64,000 nt of DNA from Octopus sinensis (GCF_006345805.1 NC_042997.1:1984001-2048000); one strand, 5' to 3'; shown: positions 40,353 to 53,180, numbered from the stretch's first letter. Program-made: numbers and translations. Notes: generated from the letters alone by a model not told the origin.

Positions 40353-41815
40353 ATATATATATAATAGAAGGACTTAGATTCATTTCAGAGAACAATTATT
40401 TTATTTTTGACAATGATTTCTACAGGCAAAGATCGGGAACAGCGATGGGCACGCGTACTGCACCATATTTTGCCAACCTAGTGATGGGATACCTCGAGAA
40501 AATACTATACCGGATGACACTCGAGAAATATGGAAACACCTTCGCCACCTATATCCATAACAACTGGAAAAGATACCTCGATGACTGTTTCATCATCTGG
40601 GACAAAGGTATAGAGAAACTTGAGGAATTTAAAATACTATTAAATGGAATAAATGACAATATACAATTCACGATGGACCACAACGAAAAAGAATTACCGT
40701 TTTTAGACATCCTCATTAAGAAAACCGGCAACAAAATAGAGACAGATATCTACTATAAACCGACAGACTCTAAACAGTACCTACCCTTTGTTTCATGCCA
40801 CCCACGACACACTAGAATGAATGTCCCTTTTTGTTTAGCTAGAAGGATTTGCACCATAATATCAGACACAAACACCCGACACACACGTCTCCAGGAACTT
40901 AGAACCACACTCACAAATAGAAACTATCCACAGCCCCTAATAGACAGTGCAATCCAACGGGTACTTAAATTAAGTATAGAAGACCTGAGACAAACAAAAC
41001 CAAAAAATAAAACAATTAAAAACCCTTCCCTACATCTCTACACACAACCCACTCAAAAATGAGGCCTTCAACACCATACTACAAAGCACAGCCCTACTAA
41101 AGGGAGACCCAAAGATGAACCGGATCCTCGAAACACACACCATCATTAAAAGTAAACGGCAACCAAAATCCTTGAAAAGGATTTTAACCCAAGCTACACT
41201 GCACTCAACATCAACCACATAACCAGCAGTTAGAAAATGTGGAAGGCCCAACTGCGGAATCTGTGTCATCTTGAAAGAAGGATCAGAATTTATACTGGAA
41301 CAAGGCCACCAGTTCACCATTAGAACAAACTTCACCTGCGCATCAGAAAACTTAATTTACGTCATAACATGCGCAGGCTGCAATAGGCAGTATATAGGCC
41401 ATACAAAAAATAGCTTACGTAACAGGATGGCGGTGCATAAATCACAAATTAGAAACCCTGATTACCGCAAAATACCGGTCAGCGGACACATAGATAGATG
41501 TGCTGGAAATGTAAATCCGAAATTTACAACTAAACCGCTCTATAAATTCAGTGACAACGCAACCTTCACACAACGCCAAAATAAAGAACTATACTTCATA
41601 AAAAAATTTACACCAAGTTTAAACACCCTGGGCCAGGAATACTAAAACAAAAGATAAGTCCTCCGAAAAGGAGAAGCAAAATTCCACCACGGCCGCTACT
41701 TCAAACAGACACTCACTCTGACGGAAATATGCCTAAGTAAAAAAGGGAAAAAAATTATTTCGTGCAAATCTGACCCTGATACATACGATACAGCTAAGGG
41801 TCAGACCCGATTCTG

Positions 41816-42356
41816 ATTGGTCAACAAGTTGATGACGTCTAGCTCAGCTAGGATGGACAGGATACAAACAGGGGACAGTCATTAGTCAGAATATTGATGA
41901 CGTCCTTTTCTGCTTGAATAGTCACCTAACAAGTACAGACAGGGGGCAGATCTAACGTAGCTATAAGTCGTGATTGGGCAGAATCTGCATGACGTCCCGT
42001 TCTGCTTGACTAACGAAGCGACTGGTCAAAACAGGAAACAAACAAGAGGCAGTTATAATGCAGCGATTGGTCAAAATAATGATGACGTCCCGTTCTACTT
42101 GACTAACGAAGCGACTGGTCAAATCAGGAAACAAACAAGAGGCAGTTATAATGCAGCGATTGGTCAAAATAATGATGACGTCCCGTTCTACTTGACTAAA
42201 GCCACCTAACGAAACGATTGGTCAAAACGTTGATGACGTCACGCTACGCTGGATTGACCACCTAACAGGCATTATAAAACCGAGCACTTCACAAAAACTC
42301 ATTAGAACCACCCAGCGAACATCCACCATGGGTCATCACATTTGCTTAAGGTAAAA
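41816..42356 (+). promoter_or_regulatory. Putative pLTR enhancer/promoter: 6x ATTGG-N12-TGACGTC, TATAAAA, Inr, Kozak ATG, splice donor
   Basis: Modules start at 41816, 41881 (ATTAG), 41973, 42066, 42159 and 42217; TATAAAA 42273-42279; TCATT with A at 42301; CCACCATGG with ATG at 42328; AAG|GTAAAA at 42351. Confidence 0.65.
41991..42200. repeat. 93-bp tandem repeat (about 2.3 copies)
   Basis: GACGTCCCGTTCT recurs at 41991, 42084 and 42177. Confidence 0.95.
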
Positions 42357-42488
42357 ATGAATTCCTCGCTCTTTCGGAATCATCAATCTTCTGTATTGAC
42401 CGCTTTCCACCACTTTGATCTGTTTTTTGTATTGAATACGTATCGCCACCGTGGGCCACTGCATCGAACACTTTGAACATATACGTCA

Positions 42489-42554
42489 AACTATATATCA
42501 ACTATACATGAACTATATATCAACTATACATGAACTATATATCAACTATACATG
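42489..42554. repeat. 22-bp tandem repeat x3 (AACTATATATCAACTATACATG)
   Basis: Three exact units read directly. Confidence 0.95.
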
Positions 42555-42610
42555 AACTCTAAGATGTCTGACTCCGTTGTGTATTATAAATGAATTTCTT
42601 GTGTTTGACG

Positions 42611-43065
42611 GCATGAGCTGTCTTTTTTTTTATATAACTTTTTTTGATAAAGTTCATTTCAGGAACTGAAACATGTTATAATGTATATATAAAAATTAAA
42701 AATTGTATAATACAGCAGCATTTTCGAACTTCATTTTTTACAATATATATATTATATATAATATATATATATAATATATATATATATATCTATATATTAT
42801 ATGTATATATATGCATGTATGTATGTTTGTGTAAATGCTCGAGGGCCTTAACACGAATGCAGTAATATCAAGGTTCACCATCGCATTTTTTAAAAAATTA
42901 CGTTGATTCGTCCACGGGGTTGTTTTGCACTTATTATAAAATGAGTATGTAAAAATGATTAAAGTAACAAAAGGTTACTTAATCATTTTTACATACTCGA
43001 GCATTTACACGAACATACATACATGCATATATATATACACACATATATATATATATATATATATA

Positions 43066-43106
<41 letters not shown>

Positions 43107-43335
43107 TATATTTGTAAAAAATGAAGTTCGAAAATGCTGCTGTATTATACAATTTTAATTTTTATATATACATTATAACATGTTTCAGTTCCCGAAATGA
43201 ACTTTATCAAAAAAAGTTATATATAAAAAAAGACAGCTCATGCATTTTCGAACTTCATATATATATATATATAATATATATAATATATATATATTATATA
43301 TATATTATATATATATTATATATATATATAATAAT

Positions 43336-43386
<51 letters not shown>

Positions 43387-43555
43387 GCATGTATGTATGT
43401 TTGTGTAAATGCTCGAGGGCCTTAACACGAATACAGTAATATCAAGGTCCACCAATCGCATTTTTTAAAAAATTACGTTGATTCGTCCACGGGGTTGTTT
43501 TGCACTTATTATAAAATGAGTATGTAAAAATGATTAAAGTAACAAAAGGTAACAT
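42611..43555. repeat. Duplication-inverted triplication-duplication structure
   Basis: 42996-43243 is the reverse complement of 42611-42843; 43242-43555 is a direct copy of 42718-42975; fold-back hairpin at 42943-42998. Confidence 0.9.
42644..42680 (+). ncRNA. Degenerate hammerhead-like motif at the pLTR end; inverted duplicate at about 43174-43210 (-)
   Basis: UUGAUAA / AGUUC-AUUUCAG-GAACU / GAA / ACAUGU (palindrome) / U. Confidence 0.5.
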
Positions 43556-43805
43556 ACTGTACTAATTTTCATCATCGCGGGGTTTTTTGAAACATAACAC
43601 TCGCGATAGTCGTGGGTTTACTGAATATATATATATATATATGTATATATATACACATACACATTCATACATATATGTATGCATTTGTACTGGATGTGCA
43701 AGTTTGACATCTTCTTATTATAAAGATGCGTTACTGTTAAGCTGTATGGTTTAAAAGTATAATGTAGATGAAATAACCAGATATTCTGACACCATATATA
43801 ATATA

Positions 43806-43845
<40 letters not shown>

Positions 43846-43970
43846 TTATAAAGAAGGGAAGAAGAAAAAATACAATTTACCCTTGTTTATAAATTGTTTA
43901 TAAATTTTACCTTTAAAGGTATTTTTTAATAAGTTGGCCATTGATAGAGTTCTTTTAGCAAAAAATTATC

Positions 43971-44017
<47 letters not shown>

Positions 44018-44030
44018 CATATATACATAC

Positions 44031-44078
<48 letters not shown>

Positions 44079-44119
44079 TACATACATACATACATATATA
44101 TGTATATATATATATATAT

Positions 44120-44727
44120 AACGTAAGGTGTACTAGCTAGTCATCTGAATGTGACTAGCCACTGGGGTTGGGGTGTTACTGATGCTTTTAGCCCCAGGCG
44201 ATCAACGTCACCAGATGGACATTAGACACTATCTCAGTGCCCTTGTTTTATTTGCAATGGGAGGTCATCCTCCCTCGAAGACCTAAGTACTACATACGGA
44301 CTATAGTTTCAAGGTAATTGCCTCTCGTCAACGCATTGTAAGCACCGGTCTTCGATGAAGGAGTCCCCTTGCGAATAATATATAACGTTTTTCACAGCAA
44401 CCACTGTCACTGATTTAGAAAAACTGTCTGAAAGCAGTAATAAATCTCTGAACGAGATATAAACAGTAACCTCTCGAGAGGCAATTACCTTGAAACTATA
44501 GTCCGTATGTAGTACTTCGGGTTTCGAGGGAGGATGACCTCCCTTTGCAAATAACACAAGGGCACTGAGATAGTGTATAAAGTCCATCTGGTGACGTTGA
44601 TCGCCTAGGGCTAAAAGCACCAGTAACACCCCACCCCCAGTGGCTAGCCACATTCAGATGGCTAGTACACCTTACGTTGTCGAGCGGTTACTGTTTATAT
44701 ATCTCGTTCAGAGATGTATTACTGCTT
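44120..44727. repeat. Nested inverted repeats (about 205-bp pair and 46-bp pair)
   Basis: 44120-44327 is the reverse complement of 44475-44678; 44432-44476 is the reverse complement of 44681-44727. Confidence 0.9.
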
Positions 44728-44781
44728 ATATATATATATAATATATATATATATATAGATATATATATATATATAATATAT

Positions 44782-44833
<52 letters not shown>

Positions 44834-44993
44834 CTAAATAATGAGGGAGATAAATTGAATATTAATCTAATTAATATCAATTTATAACCAGTAGTCTAGC
44901 ATACAGAAATCTGAAAAATCAGAGAAAATTCTAATACATGTGTATATTTGAAGAGCAAACCACTATGTGGTCGGCCGTATGCTAGAAGTAGAT

Positions 44994-45033
<40 letters not shown>

Positions 45034-45037
45034 CATA

Positions 45038-45098
<61 letters not shown>

Positions 45099-45131
45099 TT
45101 TATTTAAAAGCAGCAGAAAATTCAACAAAAC

Positions 45132-45169
45132 CTGTTACTCTGAGGTTCATGTTCCCGTTCTTCAAACAG
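45132..45169 (-). ncRNA. Degenerate minimal hammerhead-like motif
   Basis: Reverse complement CUGU / UUGAAGA / ACG-GGAA-CAU / GAA / CCUC-A-GAGU / A / ACAG; same stem III design as 5063. Confidence 0.45.
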
Positions 45170-46384
45170 TTTTTGCTAGAATAGAACTGATATGTCAATT
45201 CTATCAAGACGAGTATAAACGCTACACCTTTAAAAATGGACTTGTTTGATTGGTCCTTTACAAATAACGGTCAATTTTCGAGCGATAAACAAAAATGAGA
45301 TCAAATATATATATATATATAAAAACATTGTAAAATTCGAGGAAAAAACCTTACATCGAATCTTTGGTTAAAATACATATTGTCATTAATGAAGGAAATA
45401 TAAATAATACATGGAAATTGAAATTAAAATGTTAAAATACGTTAAAATATTACACAACAGTACATACTCATAATAAACTATACATATATACATCAACATA
45501 CACAAATAGATGCGAGCAGACCACATACATATACAGACAAATAAATAGAAAGCTAAAATATACACACAAATGCATGTACACATATGCATACGCAATCTAG
45601 CTCGCATGCAAAATCACTGTATCCATATAGACTATAAGCTAAATTCATGGATGGGGAAGGGGCGTTCTTATTTACAACAGAAAGCTAAAGACATGAGTAA
45701 GGGAGGGGAGGGGGACGTAAAGTTACAGGGCTCTATACAAATAACGAATAGGGAGAGAAAAAAACGAAAGAAAGGAAGAGAGAGAAAAAAAGAAAAAGAG
45801 AGAAGGGAAAAAGAAGGAAAGGAAAGAAGAAACGATTTGTATACAAATTATGTAAGCACATATACTGACACATATATATAGAGACAAGTACGCGAACACA
45901 CAAGTTCAAGTGGATACATGCATACATATACAATCATGTATGCATGTGCTTAAGTACAAACATACGCTCACTTTCACATACACAAAGATGTATGCTTACA
46001 AATACATATTCATGCCAGTACACATATTTACATAAAAATGCCTAGGATCTGACAACATTGTTTTTAAAAAAATGGTGAATGCGTAATAATAAAAATTAGA
46101 CGAAATACATGCAAAATATAACACCCTATATTGGATCATCTATAAATTAGATACCAAAGTAAGCCTATACAATGTAATAAAATGAGATAAACGAAGTCGA
46201 AGGTTTAGAAATATAAACAAAATAAACAAAATATACGCACAGGACTTTGCTATACGGAATGAAATCTGCATAGCGCGAAACAAATCCATCGGTGTGATTA
46301 CTAGTCCAAGAATCAAAAATTCAAAAAGACAATATATACTCTATCCATATGAGATATTTATGTTTGACATTTTAAATTTGGTTG

Positions 46385-46625
46385 TTCAACAGTTCAACAG
46401 TTCGCTTCTTTGATTCAAAGAATTATTGTCTTTAAATAAAATATAAAATTCTTCTAACAAAGATTGCATTTAAAATTTTACTTGTGTGCCCCGTGCCTGT
46501 ATGGTGCCGCTCTCTCCAGAACACTCCAATGTCACGCTCAAAGGTGGGGCTTCCTTTTCTTTTAGTTCCCAGACATATTTTGCTAGGCTGGTCTTCGTTC
46601 TATTTTCTGGGTATCTAAATGATTT
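46385..46625 (-). mobile_element. Penelope-like element fragment, family A (GIY-YIG C-terminus)
   Basis: FRYPENRTKTSLAKYVWELKK...WSVLERAAPYRHG...CNL...NSLNQRSEL, homologous to 4580-4805. Confidence 0.75.
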
Positions 46626-46662
46626 TTTATGCGAATAAGATCGCGTTTTAAATTAATTTTCC

Positions 46663-46708
<46 letters not shown>

Positions 46709-48029
46709 ATTTACATACGCACATGTATAATTATTTGTATAAATATTTATATATAATATCAGAATATCAACAGTATACTTTTAATCCATATATATTTTAA
46801 CAAACATACTTTTGAAAAATGAAGCTACCACACTCATCTCCTCCGAACACCCCATAACAAGAAGTACACAGAAACACACGCACCCCTGCAATTATATGTA
46901 TATATATATATATATTATATATAATATATATAATATATATATATATATGTATGTATGTATATGAAAATATATGTATGTATACAAAAACCAACACCCACAT
47001 ATATATATAGGTATATATATATATACATACACACACACATACATACATACATACATGCATACATACATACATACATACGTATGTATATGCAATCGATCGT
47101 TAATCTCCTTTCGACTTAACATTTTATTTAAAATTAAAAAATGCGTCTGTGCCAGTTTGTGCAAGCCAATCAACTTTGTATTGAAGTAGCAGATTTGTTC
47201 AAGGTAAAAATATTTCCATAAATTTAACATTCAGAGAGTGTATTTTAAATATCCCAATAAGAGACATTTCCATGGATTTTACAACTTGGCGTAATTTACA
47301 TAGCCCGTCTTCTGTTATCGATAAACTATAAAATATTCGAATTGTGATTTTTGTTGAAGTCTTAGGCAAATTACATATTCAGCTTGGCATAAATTAACAT
47401 ATATAAATACCGATCGATTTTGCTTTGATCTAAAGAGTAGTTTGTATTTGAGATTTATTTATACATACCTATGTTATATTACATAGCAGCATAAAATAAA
47501 TGTAAATCAAATTGAAGTATCGTAATGATTTCGACTATTAAAAAAGAGCTTTTATGTTTGATTATTCGATTTTTGTAGTCAGTTCTTGCTCTTAACAAGA
47601 TGTAGTTGAAAATTCTTTATCTATTGTGTCTGAAGCAATATATTTTGTGAAAACTAAAGTGATTCACAAAAACCAGAAAAATTTGATGCGTAGTGTAATA
47701 TCACTGCATGAAGTAAGAGAGTCAAACAAAGTTTACTCTACAAATCAAGTCTGTTTAGTTTAGATACATTTCTAGGAGAAACCGGAACTACATACGAAAT
47801 GAAAAAATGATCTGGGCCTTGAAAACATGAGCGAGAAATTTTAAATTCGTTATACAATTCATTCGGTTCGGTCAGCATAAGTACATTTCAATGAGCTTAT
47901 TCCAACGATATTTTGCCGAATATTTATCGATATCAGCGATTGGCGTAAACGTTAGCCGTAATTATGATATATGATGCATATAAAATCTTCCATAAAATTC
48001 TATATTTCTACGATGGAAACATTATATTA

Positions 48030-48215
48030 GGCTGCGGTCATGCTGGAGTACCAGCTTGAAGAATGTTTTATGACTGAATCGTCCCAAGAAATTCATTTTG
48101 AAAACCTGGGAATTATTCTATCAACCTACTACCGAACTGCTAATTTACGGGGACGTTCATACACCAACAGCGGTAGTCAAAAGGTGGCGTAGGTTAAACA
48201 CAGAGGCACACACGC
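48030..48215 (-). mobile_element. Degenerate SINE 3' half (17671 family)
   Basis: CATGCTGGAGTACC...TTATTCTATC...CCGAACTGCTAATTTACGGGGACGT is the reverse complement of the 57990-58180 body. Confidence 0.65.
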
Positions 48216-48881
48216 AAACCTATATATACATTATATATATATATATATATATTATATATAGCACATCTCTTTTGTTTTTTTCCCCTAAACCTTTCTCTAA
48301 TCCTTTTTTCGCTCGTTCACCGTTTTATCTGTTTCTCTCTCCCACTTCAGCCTTTACTCTCTCTCTCATTGCAAACACGTGACCATCGTCCATCTTTCTT
48401 TTCCTCATGTGTTCATCTTTCTTCTACTTCAGTCTGTCGCACAGGCAAAACGCATTCTTATCTATCTTCTCTCCTATCTTTTCTCTTGTCAAAGAATATT
48501 CTACCACCGTTCGCTATCTTACTTCGTCTGGCCTAAAGTCCCTCCCTGTCAGTTTTTGTTTCGTTTCGTTTGTTCTATGTCCTGTTTTTGTTGCCAACTT
48601 TGACACTCCGAAAATCCCCAATTTTATTTCGGTTAACGGAAGCAACTGTTTCTCGAAGACACATATTGCCGTGAATTGCTCAATATTTGGAGTAAATAAG
48701 ACCCGACAACTGATGAAGGGTCTTTCTTTATGTTACTTGTCTTCTTTTCCATTTGTTTCTCTCGTTGTTCGCATACCCAGATTTGCTTTCATATTTCATG
48801 TTTTGGTAATTCATAATCCATGGCGTTTTCATATTTCCTGATGTTTACGTTTTGTGACGTCCTGTACCCATATATACATAA

Positions 48882-49005
<124 letters not shown>

Positions 49006-49365
49006 CATATTACTTATATCATTATATATATATAAATACCTTGCTATAGCACCTTACTATACGCCCACGCCTATATAAGTATATTGCGTGAATGGTGTGT
49101 GGAAGCTCGAGGTATTATAGTTACCGTATTGCTCTGCAAATACTTCGGCATCTAAACTATGGTACAGCGTGCATGAGTACAAGCAATGTTGGTTTCATGG
49201 AAAGAACCGAGAAGTATTTCATCGTTATAAACAAATAATCTGTGCATGTTGTTCAGCGAGCGGTTTAAGAACTTGCACCTGATGCTTACGGATTTGATAA
49301 AATCCGTAATTTGAGGCAGGGAGGGAAAACACATGAGAGCAAAATGCTGTTTCTCTCTCTTCGAT

Positions 49366-51560
49366 TTACAGGATCACACTCAAAGTGGTTTCGTTATTCG
49401 CTCGTACCATCGTTGCTACATTCACTCACCTTTTATTGAATAATTCACGAGACAAACCTTGCCTCTCTATTCCCACTTTCATTTTCCTTGGTACTTGAAA
49501 AAGTTGATAAGTGATTGAACAGAGAAGAAAGTGCTTGTCTCTAAAAACGTTTCTCTCGAGTCCATCACATACATTCTTTCACCATGGCCATCAGTTTAAG
49601 GAACACTGCCTTGCCTTCCCGGTGAAGGGAAGGTGGCGGAGCAATTTTCCCGTTAAACTTGGTAGACGAGCGAACTTGTCCCACACGCGATAGCAGCCGT
49701 TCGGCATAAGACCACATATCCGAAATGGTTGGACGCTGCACGAGTGCGTGCAGAACGGTTTCATCGCTCTCACCGCAAGTCGGTCCGGTTTATCTCGAAC
49801 TGTGTCTGTTGAGTTTATCCCGAATGAGCTATGCTTCTTGATAGCACTGACATGCCAGGGATCTTTGGTGATTGTCTATAAGTCCCGGCACAAAAGTTGT
49901 CCTGAACAGGCGGGTCAGGTGTTCCTTGTCGACGCCCAGATGCTGCCCGAGAAGGTCGTCGCACATATCTTCTACTAATCCTCTATAGAACGCCTTTGTG
50001 AAATTGAAGTCGCACAAGTTTGGTCTCGGTCAGCAGAGTAACTTGAGAGTAAGGCGTAACTCGCTGTGCCATTCGACTACCTCGGTCATTGTTTGATCCA
50101 CAACTGCAGTTCGGCCAAAGAACGAGCTGCGTGAAAGTGTGCTGCACAAACGGCGACCACACCTCTTCCCCATCTTTTATGAAGTGCCGGGAATATCGCA
50201 GTCTCAGCGCATGTCTGCGTATCATCAACCACGGCATGCTCAGCCCTCCATATTGTGGGTGTTCACAACAAATGGATCGCCAAACCATCGGAAAGATTTC
50301 GTTCCACAAAAAGCGAAGAATATGTGTTCCAGTTTGGTGACGGTAGGTTCGGGACAAGGCACGACGGTGAGACGGTAATCAATGATGTATGCCCTGTATT
50401 CGTTCGGTACCTCCGCCCAAACTCTTAGGGATAGCTTCCTCTCAGCCCATTGCTGGTGAGCGTGGTTATCCTACTCGTTATCTCGCCCCGGTTCTTCTCC
50501 TTTTGGAGGTCCGGACCGAACTAGACTGCGAGCAATTTCATCGGTCCGTCGGTTCAGCATCTTACGATGGAGGCGCTCTTGGACACCATCGGCTTGCTTC
50601 TCCAGGTGCCGAGCCGCAAGCTCACTGACTTATCCCGATTAATTATTGCTCCCGTTACCGCTTCGTACTCTTTTAGTGTTTCGCAGACCAGGTCAATATG
50701 CCTGTGGCTCGACACTATTACAGTGACATCATCCGCGTATGGAGACACGCTCCTCCTGCATCCTAGCTCACGCGGGTTGCCCCTCAGTGTCCCCAGCTTC
50801 CGCAATAGTGGCTCAAGAGTCAATACGTACAGAAGCGACGTGTGGGAGCATCCTTGATGCACCGAACGAGTGATGTTAAATGCTCTAGACAGATGACCAT
50901 TTACGCAAACTATCGAGCGGATGCCGCAGTATAAGGCAGCGATCCAACCGCGGAAGACGGGACCGAGACCAGTCGCTATATGGACAGCCTCCAAGTAGCG
51001 ATGGTCTACCCAATCGAAAGCTTTTGTTTGATCCAAATTGATCAGCGTCCCGCCCGTACCAGGTTCTTTAACTACCTTGTCTATGACGTAGCACATCAGA
51101 TGGAGGTCGTCATGGTTACTCCCACCCGACAGGGCACACCTTTGTGTCTTGTTGACTAATTTCTCGATGACATGCGCCAAACTCTCGGCTAACATCTTGG
51201 CGAAAATCTTCCGATCTACGTCGAGCAGTGTAATGTGCCTGAAGTTATTTATGACATTCCCCTTTCTTGAATCTTTCTTTGGCAATGCTACCGCACATCG
51301 CTTTACAGAAATGGGGATTCTCTCGTTTTGCTGCCAGTTGCAGTTGACAGCGTCCAAGACGCCTCCAAAAGTCTGGCATATGACAATAACGTTCGTAGGG
51401 CAGGCCGTCGAAACATGTCGACTTGTCTCCCGTACAGCCTGCCATCGCATTTCGTACGTCCGCGGCTGTGATGAGTCTTTCAGCTCTTCGTGTAATGAGC
51501 AAAAGCGAAATAAGTGACATATGTCAATACAATTCTTCCTCAAAAGATTCACGTTCACTG
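49366..51560 (-). mobile_element. L1/Tx1-type LINE, 5'-truncated ORF2 (RT + C-terminus)
   Basis: LPKK...NFRHITLLDVDRKIFAK, LINLDQTKAFDWVDH, SVHQGC, YADDVTV, HPQYGGLSMP, ETVLHAL, SRELFNKR*VNVA; stop at 49366-49368; several frameshifts. Confidence 0.9.
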
Positions 51561-52498
51561 GGCTAGATATCGTGTTTTCTTTTTTCTTTTGCATTCCTAA
51601 AATAATAGTTCCATTCCCAGAAAATTATGCCGAAAATTATGTCATCAAGGAATTGGCCGAAAAATCAAAAAGGGTTATCATTAACTATTTCCTTAAAAAT
51701 ACGTAGTTCTATGTTAGACGTGCACACACACAAACACAAAAACACACACACATACACACACACAAACACACACACACACACGCGTGCGAGCAAACAAACG
51801 CACAGGCACATTTTAAAACATAAAAGCCCAGATACAAATCGCTGCAACACATGCATGCTAGCCCGCGCAATTGCAAATTAGCATATACATGACTATAAAT
51901 TTGAAAATGCTCGCGGTCTTCATAGATCAGAGATATTATTCAATTCACCCCAAACCCTCCGAAGAGAAATGAGCGAAATACTTAACCTAGAAATAATTAT
52001 TTATTACATATTACTTTTGCCGTGAATCGTATGAAAATTCACAAACATTTAAATAGGCACTGCATATTTCATCCAATTTACTCATTCTATTAATTCTATA
52101 TTTCGTAATATAATCTCACAACAAATTACAATTCGAAATCCTTTATTTTGAGGATGAATCTAACGAACGTTTGCATAATTAGATTGCTAATTTCAAAGTA
52201 ATGTTTGGTAACAAATGTGAAGTTAAATATATATTTGTTTTTGGACGAGATTCATTAAAGCAATGAATATCAAATTCTTATGCATTTAATCTCTTACTTG
52301 TTTGAATATTTGTAATGGCTCCAAAATAAAGTACCTCCAGTATTTTGTGCGTCCAAATCAAAGCAGTTATCATTATTCTATAGATCCCTCTTCAAACCTT
52401 CCAATTTATGGGGTCAAATAACGTCGGTTCACAAGCGATAAAGAAAATCGTACATGCACACATACATATACAAATCCATATATATATATAATATATAA

Positions 52499-52583
<85 letters not shown>

Positions 52584-52994
52584 ATATATATATCAGGAGA
52601 AAGAGAGAGAGAGAAAAAAGACAAAAAAAGAGGAGGAGGAAGAATGAAGGATATTTCATACCAGATTTCATTGTGTCTTCAAGATGTTCGCTTGGTAGCA
52701 GCGTGGTCTGGTTCAGTTTTAGTGACTGGTGACTTTTGAGAACGTGATTACTTTTATAGCCTCAGGTTGCCCAATGCCTTCTGAGTAATATCTTTCACGT
52801 GTTTTAAACCCTATCAGTGAAAAACTGATCTTAAATGTCATCTGAGAGTTCATCATCGAAATTATTTTGGTGTGTGATGGATTGTGGTGAGTGTCTTGTT
52901 TGGACGGCTATCATCATCATGATACACACACACATACACACACACATACACACACTCATAATTATACTGTTCCGTGAAAGTAAGATCAACAGAA

Positions 52995-53028
52995 AGTGTA
53001 TTGTGTCTGGTGAGAGATAGATATAATG

Positions 53029-53060
<32 letters not shown>

Positions 53061-53091
53061 CATAATAATAGTAATAATAACAATAATAATA

Positions 53092-53174
<83 letters not shown>

Positions 53175-53180
53175 TATGTA
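52995..53180. repeat. (AAT)n microsatellite
   Basis: Direct reading. Confidence 0.97.

Larger units (their letters stand above)
40362..42740 (+). mobile_element. Penelope-like element, family B: RT + GIY-YIG + 3' terminal repeat (pLTR)
   Basis: GTAMGTRTAPYFANLVMGYLE, RYLDD (40571-40585), KCGRPNCGIC, IYVITC...YIGHT; one frameshift (about 41020) and one stop (about 41220); ORF ends at 41645; the 5' end is lost in (TA)n. Confidence 0.92.

Noticed and set aside
41991-42200. Regularly spaced repeats as a CRISPR-like array
   Set aside because: The whole 93-bp unit repeats, there are no unique spacers, and the context is a eukaryotic retroelement.
48698-48724. CTGATGA as a hammerhead core
   Set aside because: It lies in the loop of an AAGACCC/GGGTCTT hairpin with no downstream stem II-GAA; it is part of a dispersed repeat also seen near 10940-11000.
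49050-49365. snRNA or tRNA gene as a Tx1 target site
   Set aside because: No match to the U2, U5 or U6 conserved motifs I know; AATTTGAG is not a convincing Sm site.
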